Notes: generated by a model not told the origin, from the sequence alone. Counted from the stretch's first letter, positions 18,363 through 28,488 are shown. The stretch is 64,000 nucleotides of DNA from Kordia sp. (GCF_045105435.1 NZ_JBGCDL010000137.1:407-64406), one strand, 5' to 3'. A program made the numbers and translations.

Positions 18363-20846
18363 ATGCCAAAAACCAAGCCTAAAAAGAACCCTGTTTCTCA
18401 AAAAACTCAATTACCAAATCAGCTTATTATTGCACATGTTTTTTTGCTGCTATATTCGGTATCTTGTTTAGTTCCGTTATTTAATGCAATGGATTATGAC
18501 GCACCACAATGGCTGTACATGTCCTTATTAAATATTGTATCCTTGATTTTTATTGTAAAAAACAATGATTTTTTTGAAGCATTCCAATTACAGAAAAAAG
18601 CAAAACTTTATTTCGGATTGCTTATCGGTTTTTTTGCAGCAGGTTGTTTGTCAATGCTTACCGCCATTAATGTGAGTGAAAGTTTAGTGCATTTATCGCG
18701 TTTAGTCAATATTGTAGTTGCCTTTTTTTGTGTGTATACGTTCGTAAAGAAAAATCCGAAAGCTTTTTTCCATTTAGCGTGCAAAATTTCTATTTTTCTA
18801 GTAGGTTTTTATGGTTGGCGTGCTGTTAGTTACTTCTTTGGGCATTCATCAATGATGCGATCGCTTGAGTTTGTAAATGGACTTCAAAGTGGATTTTCGA
18901 GTGTGAATATATACACCGCTTTTATTGTGGTTCAGTTGCCATTGCTAATTTATGGTTTTCTGTATTCAAGTAAAATATGGAAATATGCTTCGGCAGTTGC
19001 CATGTTAATTGGTATCATGGGATTATTTTTAGTGGGTTCAAGAACCGCAATGCTTTCCTTAAGCTTTATGTTTATAGCAAGTTTAGGGTTTTTAATTTTC
19101 GGAATTATCAAGAAGAAAAGCACCGTAAATCTTAAAATAGAAACCTTTGCTTTAGCAGGTATTCCATTGTTGGCAATTCTTTTAGTGACGAATGTGAATA
19201 GAATTGAAAAGAATTCAATGAACTCTTTAAATGACATGCTAAACCCTAAAAATATTGACTTTTACAAAGGAAGAAGTTTGGCAAAAAACAGTGTTGCTAC
19301 CACAAAAAATGTAGTCACATCGAATGTAGATATCAAAAAGAAATCGAATGTAAGTTCAGGGCGTTTTTCATTATGGCAATTGGCGTTTCGCAACTTTAAA
19401 AAGAGTCCGATAACAGGTATTGGTTACGGAAATTATAAAGCCGTTGGAAAGAGAGAACATTACCGAAATTTTTCAAACAATAAAGGTGTTTTTGCCAATC
19501 CGAGACGTGCGCACAATGACTTTGTAGAAAAACTAGCCGAAACAGGAATTATAGGTTTTCTATTTTACCTTGCCTTATTTGTAATGCCGTTATTATGGTT
19601 TGTTGGTTTGTTGCGCCGAGAGAAAGACCACCAAATGCAATGGATTTATTTTGCCGTTTTTCTGGTGGCTGTTGCCTACACATTTGACGCACTTTTAAAC
19701 TTTCCGCTAGAGCGACCGCCGATACAGTTCTATTTTATTTTTACGGTGAGTTTAATTATCGCTTTCGCTAGAACGGAAAAAAAGCCAGTTACTGCTTCAC
19801 CAAATAAAAAAGTATCCTACGCTATTTTGGGCGTGCTGTTTTTGTTTAGTTTGGCAAGTACAGCTTCCAATTATGCTATATTAAGTGCGTACCAATTACA
19901 ACGAAGTTTACGAACCGATTTAATGGGAAAAACCCTGTTTAGCGAGGAAAAGCTTCGAAATAATTTTGATGATGTCAAACAACGATGGAGCAACTACCCA
20001 CAACTGAGTTATGTAGGAACGGTAAATAATGTGTTTTTAGCCAACTATGCTATTAAAGCCAAAAGATATGATGAAGCGTTGGAAATTTTAGAAGCGTCAA
20101 AATCGTATAATACAGATGCCTTATTGGTAAAAGCTTTCAAAGCAGAAATCTATTTGAATGTAAAAGAAAATTTAGATAGCGCACAATATTATTCAGAATC
20201 GGTTTTTGATATTTATCCAGCATTTAAGACGAATTATTACATGCTGAAAAAGATTTATTCCTTACGAAAAGATACCACAAGTTTAGTAAATGCCATGCAT
20301 CGCTATTCCAAATACAACCCTAGAGATTTGAACGAATGGCAAACCAAAGCAAATACCATTTATGAGTTTACCAAAGACAGCGATTTAATGCTGAAAGTGT
20401 TAGACACAGGAATTGCGTACAATACCTACAGTCAAAAACTTGTAGATGCTAAAAAGGAAGTTTTAGGAAAACTAAAATTCAAATCGTTTTTAAACAAAGG
20501 CGAAGTAAAAGCCAAGCATCAAGAAGCGTATGACTTTTTTGTAAAGCAACAATACGAAAAGGCAAGAGTTGTGTATGAAGAAATTTTAAAAACGAATCCA
20601 AGAGATTATCTATCCATTCAAAATATTGGCATCATTGATTTGGTAAAAAAGAACTTCAAAGAAGCAATTAAAAACTTAACAATTGTTATTGACAATCATC
20701 CGTTCAAAGATGGAAAAGCAGAATACAGTCGCGGATATTGTTACGAACAATTGGGACAGTTTGAAAAAGCGAAAAAAGATTTTCGCGCCAGTAGAGCTAA
20801 AAAGTATTCGCAAGCGATGTCGCTTCCTGCTTCTAGGTATGAATAA
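18363..20846 (+). CDS. O-antigen ligase (Wzy_C)-family membrane protein with C-terminal TPR domain
   Basis: About 12 TM segments, GSRTA, SGRFSLW, PITGIGYGNY and AHNDFVEKLAETGIIG, then TPR-like helices. Confidence 0.88.
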   Translation: MPKTKPKKNPVSQKTQLPNQLIIAHVFLLLYSVSCLVPLFNAMDYDAPQWLYMSLLNIVSLIFIVKNNDFFEAFQLQKKAKLYFGLLIGFFAAGCLSMLTAINVSESLVHLSRLVNIVVAFFCVYTFVKKNPKAFFHLACKISIFLVGFYGWRAVSYFFGHSSMMRSLEFVNGLQSGFSSVNIYTAFIVVQLPLLIYGFLYSSKIWKYASAVAMLIGIMGLFLVGSRTAMLSLSFMFIASLGFLIFGIIKKKSTVNLKIETFALAGIPLLAILLVTNVNRIEKNSMNSLNDMLNPKNIDFYKGRSLAKNSVATTKNVVTSNVDIKKKSNVSSGRFSLWQLAFRNFKKSPITGIGYGNYKAVGKREHYRNFSNNKGVFANPRRAHNDFVEKLAETGIIGFLFYLALFVMPLLWFVGLLRREKDHQMQWIYFAVFLVAVAYTFDALLNFPLERPPIQFYFIFTVSLIIAFARTEKKPVTASPNKKVSYAILGVLFLFSLASTASNYAILSAYQLQRSLRTDLMGKTLFSEEKLRNNFDDVKQRWSNYPQLSYVGTVNNVFLANYAIKAKRYDEALEILEASKSYNTDALLVKAFKAEIYLNVKENLDSAQYYSESVFDIYPAFKTNYYMLKKIYSLRKDTTSLVNAMHRYSKYNPRDLNEWQTKANTIYEFTKDSDLMLKVLDTGIAYNTYSQKLVDAKKEVLGKLKFKSFLNKGEVKAKHQEAYDFFVKQQYEKARVVYEEILKTNPRDYLSIQNIGIIDLVKKNFKEAIKNLTIVIDNHPFKDGKAEYSRGYCYEQLGQFEKAKKDFRASRAKKYSQAMSLPASRYE

Positions 20847-20922
20847 TTGATTGTTCAACTCATTGTGCATTTTGATAAAATTCATCAATTCGAGTAAATT
20901 TTACGATTGAAAATTTAATAAG

Positions 20923-21007
20923 AAACGTCATTGCGAAAATTTCCCAGAAATTCGTGGCAATCTGTTACTGAGCAAAAGATTACTTCGTTACACTCGAAGT
21001 AACGTTT
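20923..21007. repeat. REPIN-like palindromic element
   Basis: Imperfect terminal inverted repeats aaacgtcattgcga / tcgaagtaacgttt, an inner gtggcaatct / agattacttc pair and a ttacttcg/cgaagtaa hairpin. Confidence 0.75.
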
Positions 21008-21266
21008 ATTATACTTTTGAATTCAAAATACACAACAGGTTTGTTCTAGTTTTTCAACTTGTTTTTCCTTTATCACACAGCAACTTCAAAACAAAAAAAA
21101 AATAGCTGCTTTACGTCTATTTTTGTTGCAAATTACATATCCATTCTCAATATTTCCATATCTTAACCACAGGAAGTATTGCTGATTACTTCGTGCCCCA
21201 AAATTTAAAACTACGTATATATCATATTCCGTACGATATAGAATCGTAGCAGCCATTTATTTCAGG

Positions 21267-21286
21267 TTGTCTACGATTTGTCTACG
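21267..21286 (+). promoter_or_regulatory. TTGTCTACG direct repeat with 11-bp period upstream of the eCIS
   Basis: Identical 9-mers at 21267 and 21278. Confidence 0.4.
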
Positions 21287-21315
21287 GAAAAATTCCCACA
21301 TTTTAAAAATGTGCA

Positions 21316-21343
21316 TAAATGGTATACGCCTACTTCACTACAA
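21316..21343 (+). promoter_or_regulatory. eCIS upstream motif TAAATGGTATA-N8-TCACTACAA, copy 1
   Basis: Both boxes and the spacer length are identical to the copy at 24589-24616. Confidence 0.65.
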
Positions 21344-21405
21344 GCACTTATTCTATTATTAATTTTAGCATGTTACAAAGCAGCTAACAAAACCATTGAA
21401 TCAAC

Positions 21406-21984
21406 ATGATTGAAAAAGCACTACAATTTACAGGAAAAGCACTCAACCAATATGTCAAACAAAAATTTGGCTTGGATGACGATGTTGTCATCGTTAATTC
21501 TATTATTGATCAAAACGGAGTTGTACCTGCAAAAAACCAAAACAAAATCGTTCTTTCGTTAATTCATGTGGAGCAAGAAACCACCAAACAATTCTACAAC
21601 AGGAATCAAAAACTAGGAAATGGAAACTTTGTAAGAGAGCCGTTAAGTCATCGGTACAATCTGTTTACGCTTATCACTCCAAATTTTGACGATTACACAG
21701 AAGCTTTAAAATTTTTAGATGCTTCCATTCAATTTTTTCAAATAAATGAACTCGTTGACGCGACTAAAAACGCACAAATTCCTGCCGAAATAGGTAGACT
21801 TGAATACGAGTTTCAAAAAGGAGAAAACTATATGCAAATGCAAAACTTATGGACAGCACTTGGCGCAAAATACCAACCGTCTGTAATGTATAAAGTTCGC
21901 TTGGTAACAATCACTTCTGATGAAGTAGAAGGATTTGATGCTGCCGTTACACAAATTAGCACAAAAGCAAACGAGAAGTCATGA
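21406..21984 (+). CDS. DUF4255 / Afp16(Pvc16)-like tail terminator-cap protein
   Basis: NKIVLSLIHVEQE, YNLFTLIT, YTEALKFL, FFQ, NLWTALGAKYQPSVMYKVRLV; first gene of the cluster. Confidence 0.88.
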   Translation: MIEKALQFTGKALNQYVKQKFGLDDDVVIVNSIIDQNGVVPAKNQNKIVLSLIHVEQETTKQFYNRNQKLGNGNFVREPLSHRYNLFTLITPNFDDYTEALKFLDASIQFFQINELVDATKNAQIPAEIGRLEYEFQKGENYMQMQNLWTALGAKYQPSVMYKVRLVTITSDEVEGFDAAVTQISTKANEKS

Positions 21985-22799
21985 GTATAACATATACATC
22001 TTTATGTAAAGTAACTGTATCGCATTCATATTATGCATCAAATAACTGTGAATGTATGTTATATGATACAACTACGGAAACAAAAAATGTATGCAATAAA
22101 TACGGGCTTGTTTTACAAAAAACCCAAAACGGATTTGAATTGTACAGTACTACAAATCAATCCATAGAAACCTACCTCAACTATATTTCACAAGTTTCTG
22201 GACAGACAGCTTTTGAATTTTTGGGCACCACTACCGATCAAAATTTTTACAATTTCACCAACATTCCTATCAACGAACTTGGTGTGTTAACGTATGAGAG
22301 CGATCAAACCGTACAAAATACTTCAAACATTCCCATTCAACTCAAAGAAACATTCGTACAAGAGGTTTCCACCCAAAATGCACTAAAAATTACGCTAAAG
22401 TTTGAAGACATTATTCGTTTCTATAAAACAAACAATCCTATTGAATATAGTATTGAACTGCAAGCGCGCGAAACACAATGGATGTATTATATCATTAATA
22501 ATTCCAATCAAGCATACAATCAGCTCGAAATACAAAGTACAGACGAAAACATTCAATTTACAGCTACGGCTGAAATTATATTACAAAATGGCGATAAAGC
22601 ATTGCCGTTTGCATCACAAACAACCAAAATTCCATTAAAAAATGAAGTAACCTACACACTAAACTTAATCAACACAAAAAAAAATATTGCAGGCGAACGA
22701 AAGGAAATCGTTATCAAAGGATTGCCCATTCCGAACCCGAAAAATTTACAAATACAAAACGACCATACAATAGCATCTTCAATATATGTATACATATAA
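21981..22799 (+). CDS. eCIS-associated hypothetical protein, possibly a cap adaptor
   Basis: 4-nt overlap with DUF4255; V.HSYY and W.YYII motifs. The role is inferred from its position between cap and sheath genes. Confidence 0.6.
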   Translation: MSITYTSLCKVTVSHSYYASNNCECMLYDTTTETKNVCNKYGLVLQKTQNGFELYSTTNQSIETYLNYISQVSGQTAFEFLGTTTDQNFYNFTNIPINELGVLTYESDQTVQNTSNIPIQLKETFVQEVSTQNALKITLKFEDIIRFYKTNNPIEYSIELQARETQWMYYIINNSNQAYNQLEIQSTDENIQFTATAEIILQNGDKALPFASQTTKIPLKNEVTYTLNLINTKKNIAGERKEIVIKGLPIPNPKNLQIQNDHTIASSIYVYI

Positions 22800-22856
22800 T
22801 ATGATGCCTTATTCAGTACTTATAAAAAAATTATTACAAACTAATAACTATGTTTT

Positions 22857-24437
22857 ATGAATTTATCAACCATTAAATCTCCAGGGGTTTATATCAATGA
22901 AATAAATGGTTTCGGAAACTCGGTTGTCCCAGTGGCAACTGCCGTTCCTGCTTTCATTGGATATACACCGCAAGCCATGTACGAAGGGAAATCGTATACG
23001 AATGTGCCAACAAAAATTACGTCTTTTTCAGATTTTCAGGCAATTTTTATGCTGCCAAATCCAGCAGCGCCCGCAGATCCCGCAAAACAATACAGTCCGC
23101 AGTACTATCTCGTAGCAGAAAAAAGTCAGCCCGAAAAAGGCGATTACATGCTTATTGATGGAACGTACTACTCTATTGTTCCAGATCCAAATACTATTTA
23201 TTATCTGTACAACAGTATTCGTTTATTTTACGAAAATGGTGGTGGAGACGCGTACATTGTATCAGTTGGAAGTTACGGACCTGCATCTGGAGCCGGAATG
23301 TCACCAGGCGACCAAATTGTAAACCCGAACGTACAATTAAACGATCTTGCAAACGGATTGGCATTGTTGAAAAACGAACAAGAACCAACCATGTATATTG
23401 CGCCAGAAGCCACTTTACTATCTGTAGCAAACAACGGAACGTTAATGGCTTCCATGCTATTGCAAGCAGAAGAAATGCAAACCGCAGTTGCCATTTTTGA
23501 TATTATTGGAGGAAGAAATCCTGATCCAGTAATGTGGATGGACGATATTACAGCATTCCGCGACAATACAGGTGCAAACGGATTAAATTACGGAACTGCC
23601 TATTATCCGTTTGTCGGAACTACAATTATGCAAACGTCCGATATTGATTATACCAATCTTTTTGGTGGAGATATCAAACAACTAGAACCTTTATTAAGTC
23701 CGGCTGACAATCCAGATCAGACAGTGGAAACCATTATTGGAAACATTGAAAAACCATCTGGAACACCTTTAACGGTAAGTCAGTACAACAATTCATTAAT
23801 AGCGGCTAGTAAAACATATAGCACTATTATAAACCATGTATTAAGTGACGCCAATATGTTACCGCCAAGTGGTGGAATGGCTGGAGTAATTACCGTAACC
23901 GACAATGAAGTTGGTCCGTGGCAAGCGCCTGCAAACACATCAATGGTTGGTGCTTCATCATTGCCAATAAAACTATCAGAATCGCAACAAGCTGGCTTAA
24001 ACGTAGATGCGGTTTCTGGAAAATCGGTCAACGCAATTCGTTTTTTCAACGGACTTGGAATTTTAATTTGGGGTGCAAGAACCTTAGATGGAAACAGTCA
24101 AGACTGGCGTTACTTATCGGTACGAAGAACCATGACTTTCTTAGAGCAATCGTGTAAACTTGCCGCGCAAGCGTATGTATTTGCGCCAAATGATAAAAAC
24201 ACATGGGAAGGTGTAAAATCTATGATTGGAAGTTTCTTAACAGGTATTTGGAAAGAAGGCGGATTACAAGGAGCAACAGCTGCTGCAGCTTTTTCTGTAG
24301 AATGCGGATTGGGAAGCACTATGACTTCAGACGATATTTTAAACGGATTTATGAATGTAACAATTAAAGTTGCGGTTGTTCGTCCTGCTGAATTTATTGT
24401 ACTGACATTCCAACAGCAACAAGCAACTTCTAGTTAA
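22857..24437 (+). CDS. Contractile tail sheath protein
   Basis: KSPGVYINE, ATAVPAFIGYT, YGTAYYP, PPSGGMAG, WQAPAN, WGARTL, WRYLSVRRT, FAPND and VVRPAEFIVLTF. Confidence 0.96.
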   Translation: MNLSTIKSPGVYINEINGFGNSVVPVATAVPAFIGYTPQAMYEGKSYTNVPTKITSFSDFQAIFMLPNPAAPADPAKQYSPQYYLVAEKSQPEKGDYMLIDGTYYSIVPDPNTIYYLYNSIRLFYENGGGDAYIVSVGSYGPASGAGMSPGDQIVNPNVQLNDLANGLALLKNEQEPTMYIAPEATLLSVANNGTLMASMLLQAEEMQTAVAIFDIIGGRNPDPVMWMDDITAFRDNTGANGLNYGTAYYPFVGTTIMQTSDIDYTNLFGGDIKQLEPLLSPADNPDQTVETIIGNIEKPSGTPLTVSQYNNSLIAASKTYSTIINHVLSDANMLPPSGGMAGVITVTDNEVGPWQAPANTSMVGASSLPIKLSESQQAGLNVDAVSGKSVNAIRFFNGLGILIWGARTLDGNSQDWRYLSVRRTMTFLEQSCKLAAQAYVFAPNDKNTWEGVKSMIGSFLTGIWKEGGLQGATAAAAFSVECGLGSTMTSDDILNGFMNVTIKVAVVRPAEFIVLTFQQQQATSS

Positions 24438-24588
24438 TACTATTTATTATTTGAAATTACTGTAAAAGAAAATGATGATTTTTTTCTTTATATGAAATAG
24501 AAAAATAAAGCATAGCCTTAGTTACGGTTTCTTTTTATGTTAAAATAGAAAGGAAAAAAGGGCGTTTTATTGCGGTCATTTCAAATTG

Positions 24589-24616
24589 TAAATGGTATAA
24601 CCTAGAATCACTACAA
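24589..24616 (+). promoter_or_regulatory. eCIS upstream motif TAAATGGTATA-N8-TCACTACAA, copy 2
   Basis: Matches 21316-21343 and ends 50 nt before the tube ATG. Confidence 0.65.
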
Positions 24617-24666
24617 CTATTCTTATTAAAAAAACAAAAAAAATAACGCATTAAAAACATAATATT

Positions 24667-25131
24667 ATGGCAGATGATGGAAGTAAAGAAGGCGCAACAT
24701 GGCCCATGCCGAAGTTCCGATTCGAAGTGGATTTAGGAACCGAAATGAAAGGTGTCGCATTCCAAGAAGTATCCGGAATGGACGTAGAAAATCAAATTAT
24801 AGAATACCGTAAAAGTAATAGTACACTATTCTCTACCGAAAAAATGCCCGGCATTGTAAAGTATGGAAATGTAACTATGAAACGTGGCGTCTTTGTAAAC
24901 GATAATACGTTTTGGAAATGGCACGCAGAAATTTCTATGAACACAATCAAACGTAGAACCGTTTTAATAAAACTATTAGACGAAGCAGGAAAAGTAACAA
25001 TGCAATGGCAGCTAAATAATGCGTGGCCAACAAAAATTACGAGTACTGACTTAAAGTCTGATGGAAACGAAGTTGCTATTGATACCTTAGAAATTGCACA
25101 CGAACAACTAATTATTACGAATGGCTCATAA
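24667..25131 (+). CDS. Tail tube protein (gp19/Afp1-like)
   Basis: WPMPKFRFEV, FQEVSGMD, IEYR, KMPG..KYGNVTMKRG and AWPTKITSTDLKSDGNEVAIDTLEIAHE. Confidence 0.95.
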   Translation: MADDGSKEGATWPMPKFRFEVDLGTEMKGVAFQEVSGMDVENQIIEYRKSNSTLFSTEKMPGIVKYGNVTMKRGVFVNDNTFWKWHAEISMNTIKRRTVLIKLLDEAGKVTMQWQLNNAWPTKITSTDLKSDGNEVAIDTLEIAHEQLIITNGS

Positions 25132-25558
25132 CGCGTATCCTGTTGGATTTTATTTTTCACTTTCGTTTGAAGGGGAAGATGCAGCTTTTAAAGAAGTCAC
25201 AGGAATTAACAAAGAGCTCGGTGTAGAAGAAGTGGCTAGCGGTGGCGAAAATCGATTCAAATATCGATTGCCAACTGCAAGTTCTAGTAAAAATCTTGCA
25301 CTCAAAAGAGCTATTGTACCAACAGGATCCAAGCTTATTACGTGGTGTTCCGATACGCTCGATGGCGGATTGGCTAATGCAATAAAAACACAAGATGTTT
25401 CGGTTGATTTACTCGATAACGAAGGAAAAGTATTAATGAAATGGACATTTCACAATGCATATCCAATTAACTATTCGGTATCCGATTTAAAATCGCAAGA
25501 AAGCGAAATATTAATTGAAAGTATTGAATTAGCATACACGTATTTTAATATCAAATAA
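25121..25558 (+). CDS. Second tube-like protein (Afp5-like tube initiator)
   Basis: YPVGFYFSL, FKEVTG, EGG-like GGENRF, NLALKRA, AYPINYSVSDL and IESIELAY. Confidence 0.9.
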   Translation: MAHNAYPVGFYFSLSFEGEDAAFKEVTGINKELGVEEVASGGENRFKYRLPTASSSKNLALKRAIVPTGSKLITWCSDTLDGGLANAIKTQDVSVDLLDNEGKVLMKWTFHNAYPINYSVSDLKSQESEILIESIELAYTYFNIK

Positions 25559-25575
25559 GATATACAACTCAAATT

Positions 25576-25746
25576 ATGCCTATAGAAATCAGAGAATTAG
25601 TAATCAAAACAGAAATAAAAACTGTTCATGAAAACGCAAATACGAAACGAAACATGTATGACACTGCTGCATTAAAAAATGAAGTATTGGAAACCTGTAG
25701 ACGTATGATTTCGGAAGCGCAAAAACGAGAAAAGTATAACAGATAA
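25576..25746 (+). CDS. Small 56-aa DUF5908/Afp6-like (plug-like) protein, missing from the ORF track
   Basis: My translation: MPIEIRELVIKTEIK...LKNEVLETCRRMISEAQKREKYNR*. The MPIEIRELVIK start and the position are typical of Bacteroidota eCIS. Confidence 0.82.
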   Translation: MPIEIRELVIKTEIKTVHENANTKRNMYDTAALKNEVLETCRRMISEAQKREKYNR

Positions 25747-25755
25747 ATCTGGATT

Positions 25756-26427
25756 ATGGCATTAGAATATATGAAAATAACAGGATACAAGGACGAGAAC
25801 TTTACACAAGCAATCTCCGGAAATCCGTACAATCTAATGATCAATCCAGAATCTATAAAATGGAGTCGAAGTATTGAATACAATGAACAACAACCTATTG
25901 ATACGAGCGCCACTTCTCAAAAATACAAACATACACCAAGCGACAATCTCAGTTTTGATATTGTTATTGACTGTACAGGTATTGTTGATACGAAGCGAAC
26001 CGATCTCAACAAGGAAATTGAAGCCTTAGAGGATATTGTATATACATATAACGGAGACATTCACAGACCCAATTTTGTAAAAATTCAATGGGGAAGTGAT
26101 TTGGTATTTTACAGTGTATTAAAATCATTTGATACCACCTACACATTATTCAAACCTGATGGAAGTCCGTTGAGAGCAAAAATCTCATTAAGCTTCGGAA
26201 AGTACATTTCTGCCGACAAGCGGAAAAAAGAAGACAATGAGAGTTCTCCCGATATTTCACATTTGGTAGAAGTAATACAAGGTGAAAGTTTGCCACAACT
26301 ATCAAACAAAGTTTGGAACACGCCGTACAATTACATTCAAGTTGCTACATACAACGATTTAAACAAGTTCAGACAATTACAAGGTGGACAACAATTGGTA
26401 TTTCCACCAATCATAAAGCCAACATAA
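25756..26427 (+). CDS. Afp7-like CIS tube/baseplate hub protein with LysM-like C-terminus
   Basis: MINPESI, LSFDIVID, RPNFVKIQWG, YTLFKPDGSPLRAKISLSF and GESLPQL...VATYNDL..FRQL. Confidence 0.9.
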   Translation: MALEYMKITGYKDENFTQAISGNPYNLMINPESIKWSRSIEYNEQQPIDTSATSQKYKHTPSDNLSFDIVIDCTGIVDTKRTDLNKEIEALEDIVYTYNGDIHRPNFVKIQWGSDLVFYSVLKSFDTTYTLFKPDGSPLRAKISLSFGKYISADKRKKEDNESSPDISHLVEVIQGESLPQLSNKVWNTPYNYIQVATYNDLNKFRQLQGGQQLVFPPIIKPT

Positions 26428-26432
26428 ACTAT

Positions 26433-28229
26433 ATGAGTGCATCAACAACAATTACAAGTGGAGGTTTAGTAACATTCAGCATCAAAAGCAACGGAAGCGC
26501 CATTCCCGATGCAATGGACGTACAATCAATTGAAGTCGAAAAAGGCGTCAACAGAATCTCGGTGGCAAAAATTGTCATCATTGATGGAAGTCCTGCCGAT
26601 GAAACCTTTGAAGTAAGTTCGTCAAGCACATTTGTACCAGGAGCTAAAATTACTGTTGAAGCTGGATACGATTCTAAAAACGAAAGCATTTTTGAAGGAA
26701 TCGTTACCAAACAAAGCATTCGTATTCACGGTGCCGAAGGTGCTGTTTTAGTGGTTGAATGTCGTGATGAAGCTATCAAAATGGTGGTTGGACGTAAAAG
26801 TTTAACCTATTCCAAAAAGAAAGATAGCGACATTATGAGTTCCATAATTGGAAACTACGGCTTGTCCGCAGCTGTTACTGCTACTACAACCGAATGGCCA
26901 GAACAAGTGCAATATTACGCTACAGACTGGGATTTTTTACTCGCTAGAGCGGAAACCAACGGAATGATTGTTACAACGCTAAACGGAAAAGTATCCGTAT
27001 TTCCGCCAGATAATGACACAACTGCTGTATTAGAAATTGCGTACGGAAACAATCTCTTGGAGTTCAATGCTTCGCTAGATGCAGTAACACAATTAGGTTC
27101 GGCAAAAGCGACTTCTTGGGATTTTACACAACAACAAACAACTTCGGGAGAAGCAAGCAGTAGTTATGCAGGTCCAGGAAACTTATCGTCCAAAAAACTA
27201 TCGGAAGTTGTCGGACTTTCAGATTATGCACTGCAAAGTACAGCACCAATAGAAGCGAGCGATTTAACCAATTGGTCAAAAGCAGCTTTGGTAAAAAGTG
27301 CGTATTCCAAAATTCAAGGTGATGTCAAATTTCAAGGAAGCAACTTGGTTGATCCCGGAAAATACATCACACTTGCAGGTTTGGGCGATCGTTTTGATGG
27401 CGATCATATCATTTCAAATGTACAGCATGTTATTGGACACGGAAACTGGATTAGCGAAGTTTCAGTTGGCTTATCGCCTGTTTGGTTTACAGAAGAACCG
27501 GATGTAATGGCGCCACCTGCCGCTGGATTATTACCTGGCGCACAAGGATTATTTAATGCTACGGTAAAGAAAATGTATGAAGATCCAAACAGTCAATACC
27601 GCGTACTTGTTGACATTCCACTATTTGATCCGAACGGAGAAGGATTGTGGGCACGATTGACAAATTTCTATTCCACTTCCGGCGCAGGTGCCTTTTTTAT
27701 GCCTGAAGTTGGCGATGAAGTTGTAGTTGGTTTTTTGAATGAAGATCCACGATATCCTATCATTTTAGGAAGTATGTATAGTTCGTCTAGCAACAAACCG
27801 TTTGATGGACTTGATCCTGATGAAAAAAATACCATAAAAGCATTTGTATCCAAAACTGGAATCAATATCAAGTTTGATGATGAAAACAAAGTGCTTACGC
27901 TAGAAACACCAAGTAAAAATACCGCCATTTTCAGTGACAAGGACAAGCAAATTACCATTCAAGATCAAAACAATAACAGCATTGTCATGTCGGATAGCGG
28001 AATCACAATTAAAAGTGACAAAAATATCACGGTGAAAGCGACACAAAACTTGACATTAAAAGGTGATCAAGGTGTAACTATTGAATCTTCTGGCGGCGAT
28101 GTACAAATCAAAGGAATGAACATCAAAGAAACCGCACAAATGCAATATTCTGCGGAAGGAAGTATGACAGCATCGCTTCAAGGTGGTACACAAACGACTA
28201 TCAAAGGTGCGATGGTGATGATTAATTAA
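26433..28229 (+). CDS. vgrG: VgrG/Afp8-like central spike; likely start 26433 (track gives 26313)
   Basis: EVEKGVNRIS.A, QYYATDWDFLLARAE, RVLVDIP, WARL, FFMPEVGDEVVVGFLNEDPRYPIILGSMYS and a beta-repeat C-terminus. Confidence 0.93.
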   Translation: MSASTTITSGGLVTFSIKSNGSAIPDAMDVQSIEVEKGVNRISVAKIVIIDGSPADETFEVSSSSTFVPGAKITVEAGYDSKNESIFEGIVTKQSIRIHGAEGAVLVVECRDEAIKMVVGRKSLTYSKKKDSDIMSSIIGNYGLSAAVTATTTEWPEQVQYYATDWDFLLARAETNGMIVTTLNGKVSVFPPDNDTTAVLEIAYGNNLLEFNASLDAVTQLGSAKATSWDFTQQQTTSGEASSSYAGPGNLSSKKLSEVVGLSDYALQSTAPIEASDLTNWSKAALVKSAYSKIQGDVKFQGSNLVDPGKYITLAGLGDRFDGDHIISNVQHVIGHGNWISEVSVGLSPVWFTEEPDVMAPPAAGLLPGAQGLFNATVKKMYEDPNSQYRVLVDIPLFDPNGEGLWARLTNFYSTSGAGAFFMPEVGDEVVVGFLNEDPRYPIILGSMYSSSSNKPFDGLDPDEKNTIKAFVSKTGINIKFDDENKVLTLETPSKNTAIFSDKDKQITIQDQNNNSIVMSDSGITIKSDKNITVKATQNLTLKGDQGVTIESSGGDVQIKGMNIKETAQMQYSAEGSMTASLQGGTQTTIKGAMVMIN

Positions 28230-28256
28230 GTAGGAATTAGGTTTTAGGAATTAGGA

Positions 28257-28395
28257 ATTAGTAAGTTTCTTAATAACCTTTTAAACTCAAATAACAAAAA
28301 CGTCTCTTCGAGTGATTTTTGATAGAAAATCGTATCGAGAAGTACTTTGAAGAAAACAGGGATTAGTAAGTTTCTTAATAACCTTTTAAACTCAA
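28257..28395 (+). repeat. Exact 34-bp direct repeat flanking a 71-bp palindromic REP-like insert
   Basis: attagtaagtttcttaataaccttttaaactcaa at 28257-28290 and 28362-28395. The insert contains ctcttcgagtgattttt...aaaatcgtatcgagaag. Confidence 0.85.
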
Positions 28396-28488
28396 TATCA
28401 ATGTAGCATAAATAGATTTTAAAAATGAATTTTGAAGTACTACATGTACGCTCAATTCTCAATACTAACATCTCAATACTAAAAAAAC

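Noticed and set aside
28257-28395. Mini CRISPR array
   Set aside because: Only two repeat copies, a 71-bp palindromic spacer, a non-palindromic repeat and no cas genes.
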